Source of the DNA: Thermodesulfobacteriota bacterium
GTDB taxonomy: Bacteria > Desulfobacterota > WTBG01 > JAGOGO01
Assembly (NCBI GenBank): GCA_026625185.1
Contig: CP113000.1
Location: 150,001 to 182,000 of the forward strand
Length of the DNA: 32,000 nucleotides
Reading direction: 5' to 3'
Part shown: in pieces, positions 8,400 through 17,143 of the stretch
Layout of the letters: each line of letters begins with the position of its first letter
How positions within the stretch are numbered: the first letter of the stretch is position 1
Program-made: the position numbers and the translations under genes
Notes under the pieces: generated by a model
What the model was told of the DNA's origin: nothing
Seen by the model: only the letters and a program-made list of their open reading frames with translations
Databases searched by the model: none

Positions 8400-10755
8400 T
8401 GCTTCGGATTACTCACTATAAAAAATTACTCGGGCTGCTTGTTTGTCTGCCTTTGGCCGTGCTGTTCGCGATTGTGAGCCTCCTGATTATAAGTCCTAAG
8501 CCTGCCCTGCATGATGGGCTTAGCTATTCCACCGCCATATGTGACCGAAACGGCAATCTACTCCGCCTAACCCTTTCGCAAGATGACAAGTATCGTCTCT
8601 GGATACCGCTCAAAGACGTGTCACCTAAAATGATTGAATCAACCCTGCTCTATGAGGATCAGTATTTCTACTGGCATTGCGGTATTAATCCTTTTTCTCT
8701 CTTCCGCGCCATCTGGAAAACCTACCTGACCGGAGGGCAACCTGCCGGAGCCTCGACGATTACCATGCAGCTTGTCAGGATTCGTTTTAAACTCGCGACC
8801 CGCTCCGTCTCCGGGAAGTTCAAGCAAATTTTTAAAGCCCTGCAGCTTGAATGGTACTACACCAAAAATGAAATCCTCGAAGCGTACTTCAATCTGGCTC
8901 CCTATGGCGGAAACATTGAAGGAGTCGGCGCAGCCAGCGAGGTCTATTTTCAAAAACAGGCTAAAAAATTAACGCTTGCCGAATCTCTCTTGTTGACTGT
9001 TATCCCTCAATCTCCTTCCCAGCGCAGTCCTCATCGCAGAAACATCCAATCCACGGTTTTAGTCAGCGTCCGATCTCAGCTTTGGGGGCGCTGGCTGCGA
9101 GAGAACCCACAACATCGCTCGATCGCCCCGGAAATAGAGCTCGCTCGAGTCATGCAACAGCCAAACCAGCTCCCTTTTTGTGCGCCCCATTTAACCGATG
9201 CGGTCATCGCTGAACGACCATTAAAAAGTTCCATGATAACCACCGTGGATTCAGGAATACAGAATACGCTGGAGCATAAAATTAACGAATACATCGAAAG
9301 AAATAAAGCCATCGGTATCCGCAATGCGGCTTCACTTCTCGTTGATTGGCGTTCAATGGAAGTGTTATCACTGGTAGGCTCAGCAAATTTTAACAATCAA
9401 GAGATTCAGGGACAGGTCAATGGCACCCGGGCAAAACGCTCTCCCGGTTCGACCTTGAAGCCTTTTATTTATGCGCTCGCTTTCGAACAGGGGATCATTC
9501 ACCCCATGACCATGCTAAAAGATGCGCCCAGCGCTTTTGGCGAGTTGAGTCCGGAAAACTGTGACCGCGGGTTTGCGGGCCCGATTCATGCCCGGGAGGC
9601 GCTTACCCGAAGCCGTAATGTCCCTGCCGTCACTATAGCCGCCCAGCTCAACAACCCAACCTTATACGAGTTCTTAAAAAATACGGGTATTACCCAGCTC
9701 CGCTCTCCTGATTTTTATGGTTTAGCTCTTGTCCTGGGAGGAGCGGAGATGACCATGGAGGAGTTAGTAACACTCTATGCGGCCCTTGCGAACAGGGGGG
9801 TTCTTAAACCCCTTCGTTTTCTCATGGATGATCCCGCGGTAAATGAAGGCCGTCGTGTTTTATCACCCGAGGTTTGTTGGCTGGTTTTAGATATCCTTAA
9901 GGACGCCCCCCGCCCTGACCAGGGATATGACCGGACATGGGCCATGGATCCCTTACCCCAAGCTGGAAAAAGGGCACCTCCTATTCGTATCGAGGCGCAT
10001 GGTGCATAGGGATCTTTGGCCCTCACGTCCTGGCGGTTTGGATAGGAAATTTTGATGGGGAAAGCAATCCCGCCTTTGTTGGGCGGGAAGCGGCCGCTCC
10101 CCTCTTCTTTGAAATTATAGAAGCATTAAAAGCACATCATAACACTATCCCTCAACCGATACGGAATGCCGGAAAAATCAAACGGGTTGAGGTCTGCACA
10201 GTATCCGGGCAGACGCCGTGGCGTTATTGCAAACAAAAGACACAGACGTGGTTTATACCCGGCATCTCTCCTATCTCAACCTGTGAAATTCACCGGCCGG
10301 TGCTGATTGATAACAAAACGGGTTTCAGGGTTTCTCCCGCCATGAACCTGAAAAATACCCGCACCGAAGTGTTTGAATTCTGGCCCTCAGATCTCTTAAA
10401 ACTCTTTTATCAGGTGGGAATTCCGCGCCGCGTTCCGCCACCCTGGCATCCAGCCTGCTCTTATGTAGTAAAAGGGAACCAAGGGACCCCGCCGAAAATT
10501 AATTCTCCCAGATCCGAAATTGTCTATACAATACGCACGGCCTTCCTTGGGAAAGACACTATTCCCTTTTCTGCCGCCACTGATGCGGATGCTCAAGAAA
10601 TTTTCTGGTTTGTCAACAATGCTTATTTAGGAACGTCATCCTCTACTAGGTCATTTTTCTGGATTCCTAAAGTTCCGGGGAAATTTGTCGTGCAGGCGGT
10701 AGATAATCTAGGACGAACCGATTCGAAAAAAATCCGCATTTCAGTTGTTGAATAG
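8396..10755 (+). pseudogene. pbpC: penicillin-binding protein 1C (class A PBP, glycosyltransferase + transpeptidase), frameshifted
   Basis: GTase motifs EDQYFYWHCGINP, GASTITMQL and ILEAYFNLAPYGGNIEGV. TPase motifs SPGSTLKPF (SxxK) and SRN. The ORF breaks at 10009 and continues in another frame (track ORF 9937-10755), giving ..DPLPQ|SWKKGTSYSYRGAWCIG... This implies a 1-nt deletion within about 9956-9964. The ATGA start/stop overlap with the A2M gene is at 8396-8399. Confidence 0.85.
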
Positions 10756-10780
10756 GCCTAACTTCTACATTGACAAGCAT

Positions 10781-10811
10781 AAAAAAGCCGGTCAAATGAC
10801 CGGCTTTTTTA
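10781..10811. terminator. bidirectional rho-independent terminator shared by the convergent pbpC and glnA genes
   Basis: AAAAAA-GCCGGTC-AAAT-GACCGGC-TTTTTT: a perfect 7-bp GC-rich stem with an A-run on one side and a T-run on the other. It sits between the pbpC stop (10755) and the glnA stop (10842). Confidence 0.75.
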
Positions 10812-10841
10812 TTTGTAAATTAATTTTTAGCTCGCAGCTCA

Positions 10842-12182
10842 TTATAATATCGGCAGATATTTTTCCAATTCGTACTGGCTTATGTGGACCCGATACTTAT
10901 CCCATTCAATTTTCTTGTTGGCAATGAACTTCTCAAAAATATGATCACCGAGCGCTTCGCGCACCAGCGCGCTTTTTTCCGTTTCCGCAATCGCCTCATC
11001 TAAGCTTCCGGGCAGTGAGGGAATGCCTTTCTTTGCGCGCTCCTCAGCGGAAAGTTCAAAAATGTCCTCCTCAACCGGTTCCGGCAGCGCATAGCCTTCT
11101 TGCATACCTTTCATCCCCGCCGCCAGCATGACTGCAAAAGCCAAATAGGGATTACATGCCGGATCAGGGAAACGCACTTCAATGCGGGTTGCGTTAGCCT
11201 TACCAGGCTTATACATCGGCACCCGAACCAGGGTTGATCGGTTTCTCCGTGCCCAAGAGATGTAAACCGGCGCTTCGTATCCCGGCACCAACCGTTTATA
11301 GGAATTCACCCATTGCGCGACTACTGAAGATATTTCCCCGGCATGTTTAAGGATACCGGCAATGTATCCTTTTCCAACCTTGGAAAGGTGATACTTATCG
11401 TTGGGGTCAAAGAATGCGTTTTCTTTTCCTTTGAAAAGGGATTGATGCACGTGCATACCGCTGCCGTTCTGGCCGAAGAGCGGCTTGGGCATAAAGGTAG
11501 CATATACACCGTTTTGCATAGCTACTTCTTTGACCGTCAAACGAAAGGTCATGGCGGAATCCGCCATTGATAACGCATCATTGTAGCGCATATCAATTTC
11601 ATGCTGACTCGGGGCAACTTCGTGGTGGCTGTATTCAATTTTGACTCCCATGCTCTCAAGCGCCAGAACGGTATCTCGTCTCAGATCACTGGCAACATCC
11701 AAAGGGGTTAGGTCAAAATAACCACCCTGGTCTAATACCTGGGGGGGGCCATCCGAGCTTTTGAAGTAAAAGTACTCAAGTTCCGGCCCAACATAAAAAG
11801 TGTAACCAAGGTCGGCTGCTTTCTTTAAATTACGCTTTAGCGCCCAACGAGGATCACCTATATAATGAGTCCCATCAGGGTTAAGCACATCACAAAACAT
11901 CCGTGCCACACCCGCACCATCCTGGGGGCGCCACGGCAGAATAGCAAAGGTACTCGGGTCAGGTTTGGCTACCATATCGCTTTCCTCAATCCGGGCAAAG
12001 CCTTCGATGGATGAACCATCAAAACCCATCCCTTCCTCAAAGGCACCTTCCAACTCTTCCGCAGTGATGGAGAAACTCTTTAATATACCGAGAATGTCGG
12101 TAAACCATATTCGGATAAACTTAATCTTTTTATCCTGTACGATTCTCAGCACATCCTCGCGACCTAACTTTTCCATGACCAT
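10842..12182 (-). CDS. glnA: glutamine synthetase, type I
   Basis: 446 aa with GFDGSSIEGF, ATFMPKPLFGQNGSGMHVHQSL and RVPMYKPGKANATRIEVRFPDPACNPYLAFAVMLAAG. The AAGGAGG RBS is better spaced for the third-codon ATG at 12176 (MEKLG...), so the true start may be 12176. Confidence 0.95.
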   Translation of the reverse strand: MVMEKLGREDVLRIVQDKKIKFIRIWFTDILGILKSFSITAEELEGAFEEGMGFDGSSIEGFARIEESDMVAKPDPSTFAILPWRPQDGAGVARMFCDVLNPDGTHYIGDPRWALKRNLKKAADLGYTFYVGPELEYFYFKSSDGPPQVLDQGGYFDLTPLDVASDLRRDTVLALESMGVKIEYSHHEVAPSQHEIDMRYNDALSMADSAMTFRLTVKEVAMQNGVYATFMPKPLFGQNGSGMHVHQSLFKGKENAFFDPNDKYHLSKVGKGYIAGILKHAGEISSVVAQWVNSYKRLVPGYEAPVYISWARRNRSTLVRVPMYKPGKANATRIEVRFPDPACNPYLAFAVMLAAGMKGMQEGYALPEPVEEDIFELSAEERAKKGIPSLPGSLDEAIAETEKSALVREALGDHIFEKFIANKKIEWDKYRVHISQYELEKYLPIL

Positions 12183-12310
12183 GACCTCCTTATCTTTTTA
12201 CGGTTTATAAGGCTAAAAAATTAACGGCGAATAGTTTTAAACGTACCTACGTTATTCATATTTTTTTTATATTTTTCAATCCGTCAAAACTCAGTAAATT
12301 GTATATCAAA

Positions 12311-12326
12311 AGCAAATCATATGCCA
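12311..12326 (-). promoter_or_regulatory. sigma-54 (-24/-12) promoter of glnA
   Basis: The minus strand reads TGGCATATGATTTGCT, matching TGGCAC-N5-TTGCW with correct GG/GC spacing. It lies about 130 nt upstream of the glnA start. Confidence 0.7.
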
Positions 12327-12513
12327 AAAATAAAAATTGCAACCAGGTAGTAGTATAATATTTTTTATTTAATGCCGATTCCGCTTAATAACTAATCTTA
12401 CCAAATAGTATATAATAAATTAAAAATCCTACAATTAAGTAGATTTTATCTACTCAAAAACCAGGTTTGTGAGGCGATAATCTCTCCTCCACCCGTTCGC
12501 CCAGTCAGGAAAA

Positions 12514-12938
12514 CTAATTCTCAACCTTGACCTCCGCAATATTCTGCCTAAAAATAATAAATTCCTTATTCCCCTCTTTAACCATTACATGGATAAGACC
12601 AATGATTTGGCAGGTTCCGTTTCTTAAATTCGTGGTATCCCAAGGAACGGAAAACCAGTTTGCCCGATCATCTGATTCTCCAATTTTAACCCCCGTCCCA
12701 CTATCTTTCTTTTGGTAATACCAAGGATTGCTTGGCTTTCAAGGGCTCCCCGGAAAATCCAAGTGCATCTAACTCCTTTTTCAAGAGTTTCTCGTCATAC
12801 TTTTCCCCTAAAACAATCCTTCCGGAAAAGTTTTTCAGCTTTTCCGAAGGTACGATAGAAAATGGTCCCCAATTATAGGACGTCGTTACACCTCCTCGTG
12901 CCCACAGAGTTTAAGGTACGTACAGAATAATCCATCAT
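12514..12938 (-). pseudogene. possible small gene (~140 codons) broken by two frameshifts; unknown function
   Basis: Hand translation gives three protein-like minus-strand segments in three frames. (1) MMDYSVRTLNSVGTRRCNDVL*, starting at ATG 12938 with GAGG 8 nt upstream. (2) ..GGVTTSYNWGPFSIVPSEKLKNFSGRIVLGEKYDEKLLKKELDALGFSGEPLKAKQSLV... (3) ..PWYYQKKDSGTGVKIGESDDRANWFSVPWDTTNLRNGTCQIIGLIHVMVKEGNKEFIIFRQNIAEVKVEN*, with its stop at 12514-12516. The total length is not a multiple of 3. No family recognised. Confidence 0.3.
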
Positions 12939-12979
12939 CAGGTGGCCTCTATTTTTTCCTCCATGTTGGACAGGAGGAC

Positions 12980-13666
12980 TTATGACCATCCTTGCGTCTT
13001 AACCACGCCAACAAAGTTACTGTATAGGCTTAGGGCTTGCCGCACAAAATCCACCTCCCGTTTTTTCAGGTGGCGAATCAGCTTTTCTCCTTCCGGTGAT
13101 GAACCGAACCAGTCAGACAAAATCCGAGGGGTAACTTCCACGTGAAACTGCAATCCGTAAGCATTGGAGTAACGGAAAGCCTGGTTAAGACCTGTTGACG
13201 AAGTCGCAAGGAGTTGCCCCCCAACCGGAAGTTCGAAGGTGTCCTCGTGCCATTGGAATACCGGGAGTGTTTCCGAAAAGCCACGAAAAAGCATATCTTT
13301 TTTTCCGGTATCGGTAAGGGAAACCTCGCTCCAGCCTACTTCTTTCTGAGAAGACTTATACACGGATGCACCGCATGACCGCGCTATCATCTGAGCACCA
13401 AGACAAATGCCAAGGACAGGTACCCCACGATCAATTGTCAGTTTAAGAAAGTTTGCCTCGTCACGAAGAAACGGGTATTTTTCATCTTCATAAGCATTCA
13501 TCGGACCACCCATGGTGATTATCGCACCATAGTCATCGAGGGCTTGAGGCAACAAATCATGATCATAGAGTCGTACGGTATGAATATCAACTTTTTTAAA
13601 TAATAGATAGTCTTCTATCGTCCCCGGTCCTTCAGCCGGATCATGCATAATCACCATAACGTTCAT
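12980..13666 (-). CDS. class-I glutamine amidotransferase (GuaA-like stand-alone GATase domain)
   Basis: 228 aa. Nucleophile elbow GICLGAQMIA and His/Glu pair in GLQFHVEVT, with the typical GATase1 fold order. Confidence 0.85.
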   Translation of the reverse strand: MNVMVIMHDPAEGPGTIEDYLLFKKVDIHTVRLYDHDLLPQALDDYGAIITMGGPMNAYEDEKYPFLRDEANFLKLTIDRGVPVLGICLGAQMIARSCGASVYKSSQKEVGWSEVSLTDTGKKDMLFRGFSETLPVFQWHEDTFELPVGGQLLATSSTGLNQAFRYSNAYGLQFHVEVTPRILSDWFGSSPEGEKLIRHLKKREVDFVRQALSLYSNFVGVVKTQGWS

Positions 13667-13726
13667 TGGGAAAGTCCCTTACGAGGTAAAATAACCAAAA
13701 AGCATTTGATCTCTTCTTTACGCAAA

Positions 13727-13742
13727 AGCAAATTATATGCCA
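13727..13742 (-). promoter_or_regulatory. sigma-54 (-24/-12) promoter of the GATase gene
   Basis: The minus strand reads TGGCATATAATTTGCT, differing at one position from the glnA promoter. It lies about 60 nt upstream of the ATG at 13666. Confidence 0.7.
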
Positions 13743-14140
13743 TCAGGCCAAAGTTTAAAAATGTAGTCTTATCAAAAGATTAAAATATTAAGCGAGCTCA
13801 GGAACAAAAGGTAAAAATACCTTTTGGTAGAATTTTTGGAACAATATTTCGATTTAGTATCTGCAAGCTTTTGCCTGCGCAAAAAAAACCAGTTTTAACA
13901 GTCAAAATTTGCTGGCCCACCTGCTCCTGCTAATTTAAAGGAATTGCTCAATATCAGAAGCATAAAGCAAAAGGAAGAGCATAGTGTACTTTTACCGGTC
14001 TTATCGGGGCACCATCCGGATAAGACCCCAGTGACAAGCAACTGCACAAGTCCCATCTTCACCATAAACAATTTCACCCGCAAAAAGCTTCTCTTCCCTT
14101 TATTTTCAAAACGTTAGGCCACCATGACATTAATCGCACA

Positions 14141-15820
14141 TTATGTTTTTTGCATATTATCGTTAGAAAAATCAAGATGAATGAGAAGATCAGTGCGTCC
14201 CCGAAGTTCGGTGATACTCCGCATTCCAAAGCGCAGAAGAATTCCGATTAATTCTTTTCGCCAGGCATTATAAAGGTTGATAATTCGCTGGGTGGCCCAT
14301 TCTACGCTCATTTTAGCTGCCAATTCAATATCGGTAGTGGCAATGCCGCGGGGGCAGCCGCGACCGCTTTCGCAGCGACTGCAGCGCACGCATCCGAGCG
14401 CTACCAGCTCAGCCGTGCCGATTACGACGCCGTCAGCACCAAGAGCGATCGCTTTTGCTACGTCATGGGCAGTACGCACTCCACCACTGGCCATGAGGGT
14501 GACTTTTCCCCGCACCCCCTCTGATGTCAGGAAATCGTGTACTTTGGATATGGCATATTCAATCGGAATAGCAATGTTTTTCTTTGCAATATCGGGCGCG
14601 GCGCCTGTGCCTCCGTAGGCCCCGTCCAGGTGGATAATATGCGTTCCGGCTGCGCAACTTCCAATCGCAACCATATCGACATCCGTGGGCGTTGACACCT
14701 TGGTAGATACCAGAGCTCTCCGGTTAATGTGTTTAATCCAGTCAATGTGTTTCATGTGGTCTTCAATGGAATAAACACTGTGAAATGGAAAGGGGGAAAA
14801 AAGCGGGATCCCCACAACTGCCTCGCGCATGCGGGCTACTGCTTGCGTGTTTTTATCACCCAGCAAGTGTCCTCCAAGACCAGGCTTCGCTCCCTGTGCA
14901 TACTTGAATTCTACAATCCGCACCCGTTGAATCGTTTCTTCCCTGATCCCAAATAGCCCAGTAGCAACCTGAGTAATCATATAATCGTCGTAAGGCTTCA
15001 TGCGCTCCATATACCCACCTTCGCCTGTGCAGGAGAAGGTGTTCCATGCGGCAGCACCACGCACCTTTGCCAGTTGGGTTACATTGCTTACTGACCCGAA
15101 TGACATCCCCCCGCCATACCACGGAACATCGATCCTAATGCAAGGTCGGCGGTCGTTGCGGCGGTTAAGCTCGATCCCTATATCTATGTCATCTTCGTTC
15201 AGTGCCACATCAGGCTTATCTGGAAATTTAAATCGGAGACGATCAAATCCCCCCCCAGAATCACCGCACTGATAATCAAAACCATAGTCTTCCGAGGGAC
15301 TATCCCCCGTTGTCGCCATTTTCCAAGTAGCCAAAATCATGTCCGCAGTCCAGCGAAAATCTCCCAGTGCTCTCATCATGGGATTTTCAACCATCCGCAG
15401 TGCACCCTGAGGGCATAACGCTACACAATAATGATCGGTTTTCTCGCAGCCCGGACCTTTGCAGAAATGGCTTTGAGCACTAGCAAAATATTTGTAACCC
15501 GGCTTCAGCACATGAACATCATAAGGACAAACGTTTACACATTTCCCGCATCGGATACAATCATCATCGCTACGCCGGATAATGTATTTTGCAATTTCAT
15601 TACGATAGCGCGGCGGAGCCAGCTTGATTTCACGGCTTACTTTGACCTGCGGCACAAACGTTTTCCGTGTGTTTTCCGGTAGAACATCATCAAACTTATT
15701 TTTTTGTTCCGAAAATTTTTCCAAAGATTTGTTCCTCAAGTTCTTCAAAAAACATTGCCCGTCCCACATCTCCTCGAAGACGACGGGCTTCCCGCATTCC
15801 CATTGCGCCCATAACTTCAA
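14141..15820 (-). CDS. gltB: glutamate synthase FMN-binding (synthase) domain protein with an N-terminal 2x[4Fe-4S] ferredoxin domain (archaeal-type split GltB)
   Basis: CIRCGKCVNVCPYD / YCVALCPQGA ferredoxin motifs, followed by WYGGGMSFGS, CTGEGG, KYAQGAKPGLGGHL, SPFPFHSVYSIEDH, LDGAYGGTGAAP, ASGGVRTAHDVAKAIALGADGV and the cluster cysteines CVRCSRCESGRGC. The track start at 15820 is a TTG and overlaps the upstream gene. Alternative starts are ATG 15769, TTG 15724 (GAGGAA 7 nt upstream) and GTG 15655. Confidence 0.9.
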   Translation of the reverse strand: MKLWAQWECGKPVVFEEMWDGQCFLKNLRNKSLEKFSEQKNKFDDVLPENTRKTFVPQVKVSREIKLAPPRYRNEIAKYIIRRSDDDCIRCGKCVNVCPYDVHVLKPGYKYFASAQSHFCKGPGCEKTDHYCVALCPQGALRMVENPMMRALGDFRWTADMILATWKMATTGDSPSEDYGFDYQCGDSGGGFDRLRFKFPDKPDVALNEDDIDIGIELNRRNDRRPCIRIDVPWYGGGMSFGSVSNVTQLAKVRGAAAWNTFSCTGEGGYMERMKPYDDYMITQVATGLFGIREETIQRVRIVEFKYAQGAKPGLGGHLLGDKNTQAVARMREAVVGIPLFSPFPFHSVYSIEDHMKHIDWIKHINRRALVSTKVSTPTDVDMVAIGSCAAGTHIIHLDGAYGGTGAAPDIAKKNIAIPIEYAISKVHDFLTSEGVRGKVTLMASGGVRTAHDVAKAIALGADGVVIGTAELVALGCVRCSRCESGRGCPRGIATTDIELAAKMSVEWATQRIINLYNAWRKELIGILLRFGMRSITELRGRTDLLIHLDFSNDNMQKT

Positions 15821-17099
15821 TCAGCTGTAAATGCCACGCCGAGACTAAATTAGTCATCCGACCCACGCTGTAATCGAAGGGAATATCTTCGAGTTTCGCC
15901 GGACACGAAAAACCCGTTTCACAAGAGTCACACAGATGACACTCGAGAGCAATCATAAAAGGCAGGTTGGTGGTTACCAGATCGGCACCGCAGATTATCG
16001 CCTTTGCCATATGCTCTGCCAAGGCTATTCCTCCGCCAGCCATGATCGTGACTTCATCCCTTTTACCGATTTCTATAAGCGTGGTATGTATCTGACGGAT
16101 CATATCTTTGATAAAACGGGGATTTTCGGCTCCAATCTCATTGCCGTTAAGATCAGCAACCACATGGATCACCTCCATGGTTTCCTCCTGGGCAAGGGCG
16201 ACAGCCCTCTCTACACCATGCGAATCTAATTTAAGTCTCACTGCCGCGACAAGATCAGGGTGCATGTCCTTGAGTTTCTTTATCCACGTGATCACGCCAT
16301 CATGGTCGGCTATTTCCACCAGCTTTGTTTTTTTCAGCACTTCCCTGGGCACGCCGGGTGAATCGGGGCGCAAAAAAAATGCCACATGAGGCAGATGCCG
16401 ATCTTCATCAATATTTTCAAGAGGCCATTGGTCAGCGTCAAGAATACTAATTAAACCAGTGCGCGCTGCGGTCTCCACAAAAATAGGCTCAAGCTTTGGC
16501 AAACGGTAACCATGTGGTCGATTATCAATAATCAAGGGCAAAGGCAGGGAAATCAGCGGCGGTTGAGCAGTGACCAGATTTTTTTCGTCGAAAGACAGGA
16601 CTGCCGGTTTCCTCCCCAGATCGACTGAGGTGCTAATATATTCGCGGCCATGGATCCCATCTCGCGTGGGACGAACAATTTCAGACATATCGGTCCACAT
16701 GGAATCAAAACCAGGACCGGAAAATTTTCCTTTATATCCTGCTCCCGAAACCGGCACCTTACCGGTCTCCGCCTGTAGCCAAGTTGATAAAATAATATCA
16801 GGAGTCCAGTAATTGTTACCCAGCTGTTCATATACAGGATTGATGGTGAGGGAGAGGAGACCTTTGGTGCAATCTTGCACGCAGGAAAAACAGCCCATGC
16901 AATCAAAAAACAGATCATCCACGTCCTTGAGATTTCTGATGTATTCGGTTTCCTGCCGATGGCGATCGTAGACACAGGCCTTTTTTACACAGTTATGACA
17001 CCGCGCGCAGTCTTCCCGCCAATCTACAATGCCGTGCTTTCCAATGCGCGGGAGCCGCGGTGGAACCGGAGTAGTGTTAATGTGGTATTTCTTTGGCAT
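15696..17099 (-). CDS. glutamate-synthase-related TIM-barrel protein: a degenerate paralogue of the FMN domain with an N-terminal Cys-rich ferredoxin-like region
   Basis: 467 aa. CARCHNCVKKAC / CMGCFSCVQDC at the N-terminus. The C-terminal part MAGGGIALAEHMAKAIICGADLV...ALECHLCDSCETGFSCP parallels ASGGVRTAHDVAKAIALGADGV...CVRCSRCESGRGCP of the downstream protein. I cannot find GEGG or K-x-AQGAKPG-type motifs. Confidence 0.75.
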   Translation of the reverse strand: MPKKYHINTTPVPPRLPRIGKHGIVDWREDCARCHNCVKKACVYDRHRQETEYIRNLKDVDDLFFDCMGCFSCVQDCTKGLLSLTINPVYEQLGNNYWTPDIILSTWLQAETGKVPVSGAGYKGKFSGPGFDSMWTDMSEIVRPTRDGIHGREYISTSVDLGRKPAVLSFDEKNLVTAQPPLISLPLPLIIDNRPHGYRLPKLEPIFVETAARTGLISILDADQWPLENIDEDRHLPHVAFFLRPDSPGVPREVLKKTKLVEIADHDGVITWIKKLKDMHPDLVAAVRLKLDSHGVERAVALAQEETMEVIHVVADLNGNEIGAENPRFIKDMIRQIHTTLIEIGKRDEVTIMAGGGIALAEHMAKAIICGADLVTTNLPFMIALECHLCDSCETGFSCPAKLEDIPFDYSVGRMTNLVSAWHLQLIEVMGAMGMREARRLRGDVGRAMFFEELEEQIFGKIFGTKK

Positions 17100-17143
17100 A
17101 ATTTAGAATTGGTTATTTTCTAGTGATAATTTTTTTGTTCCTG

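Noticed and set aside
9950-9975. Programmed -1 ribosomal frameshift at GGAAAAAGG in pbpC.
   Set aside because: The conserved Trp of the (A)WK(T)G motif is encoded in the downstream frame before the A-run (TGG at 9964-9966). The frame change must therefore occur upstream of the potential slippery site, so a simple 1-nt deletion fits better.
13895-14083. 62-aa minus-strand ORF (TTG start) downstream of the operon.
   Set aside because: It has a non-ATG start without an RBS, contains the 9-bp hairpin within its coding sequence, shows no family resemblance, and lies in the probable regulatory region of the GATase promoter.
15696-15820. 125-nt overlap between the two FMN-domain genes, considered as a genuine overlapping-gene feature.
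   Set aside because: The track start is a TTG with no RBS. In-frame alternatives at 15724 (TTG with GAGGAA) or 15655 (GTG, 40 nt after the upstream stop) remove most or all of the overlap without losing any recognisable domain.
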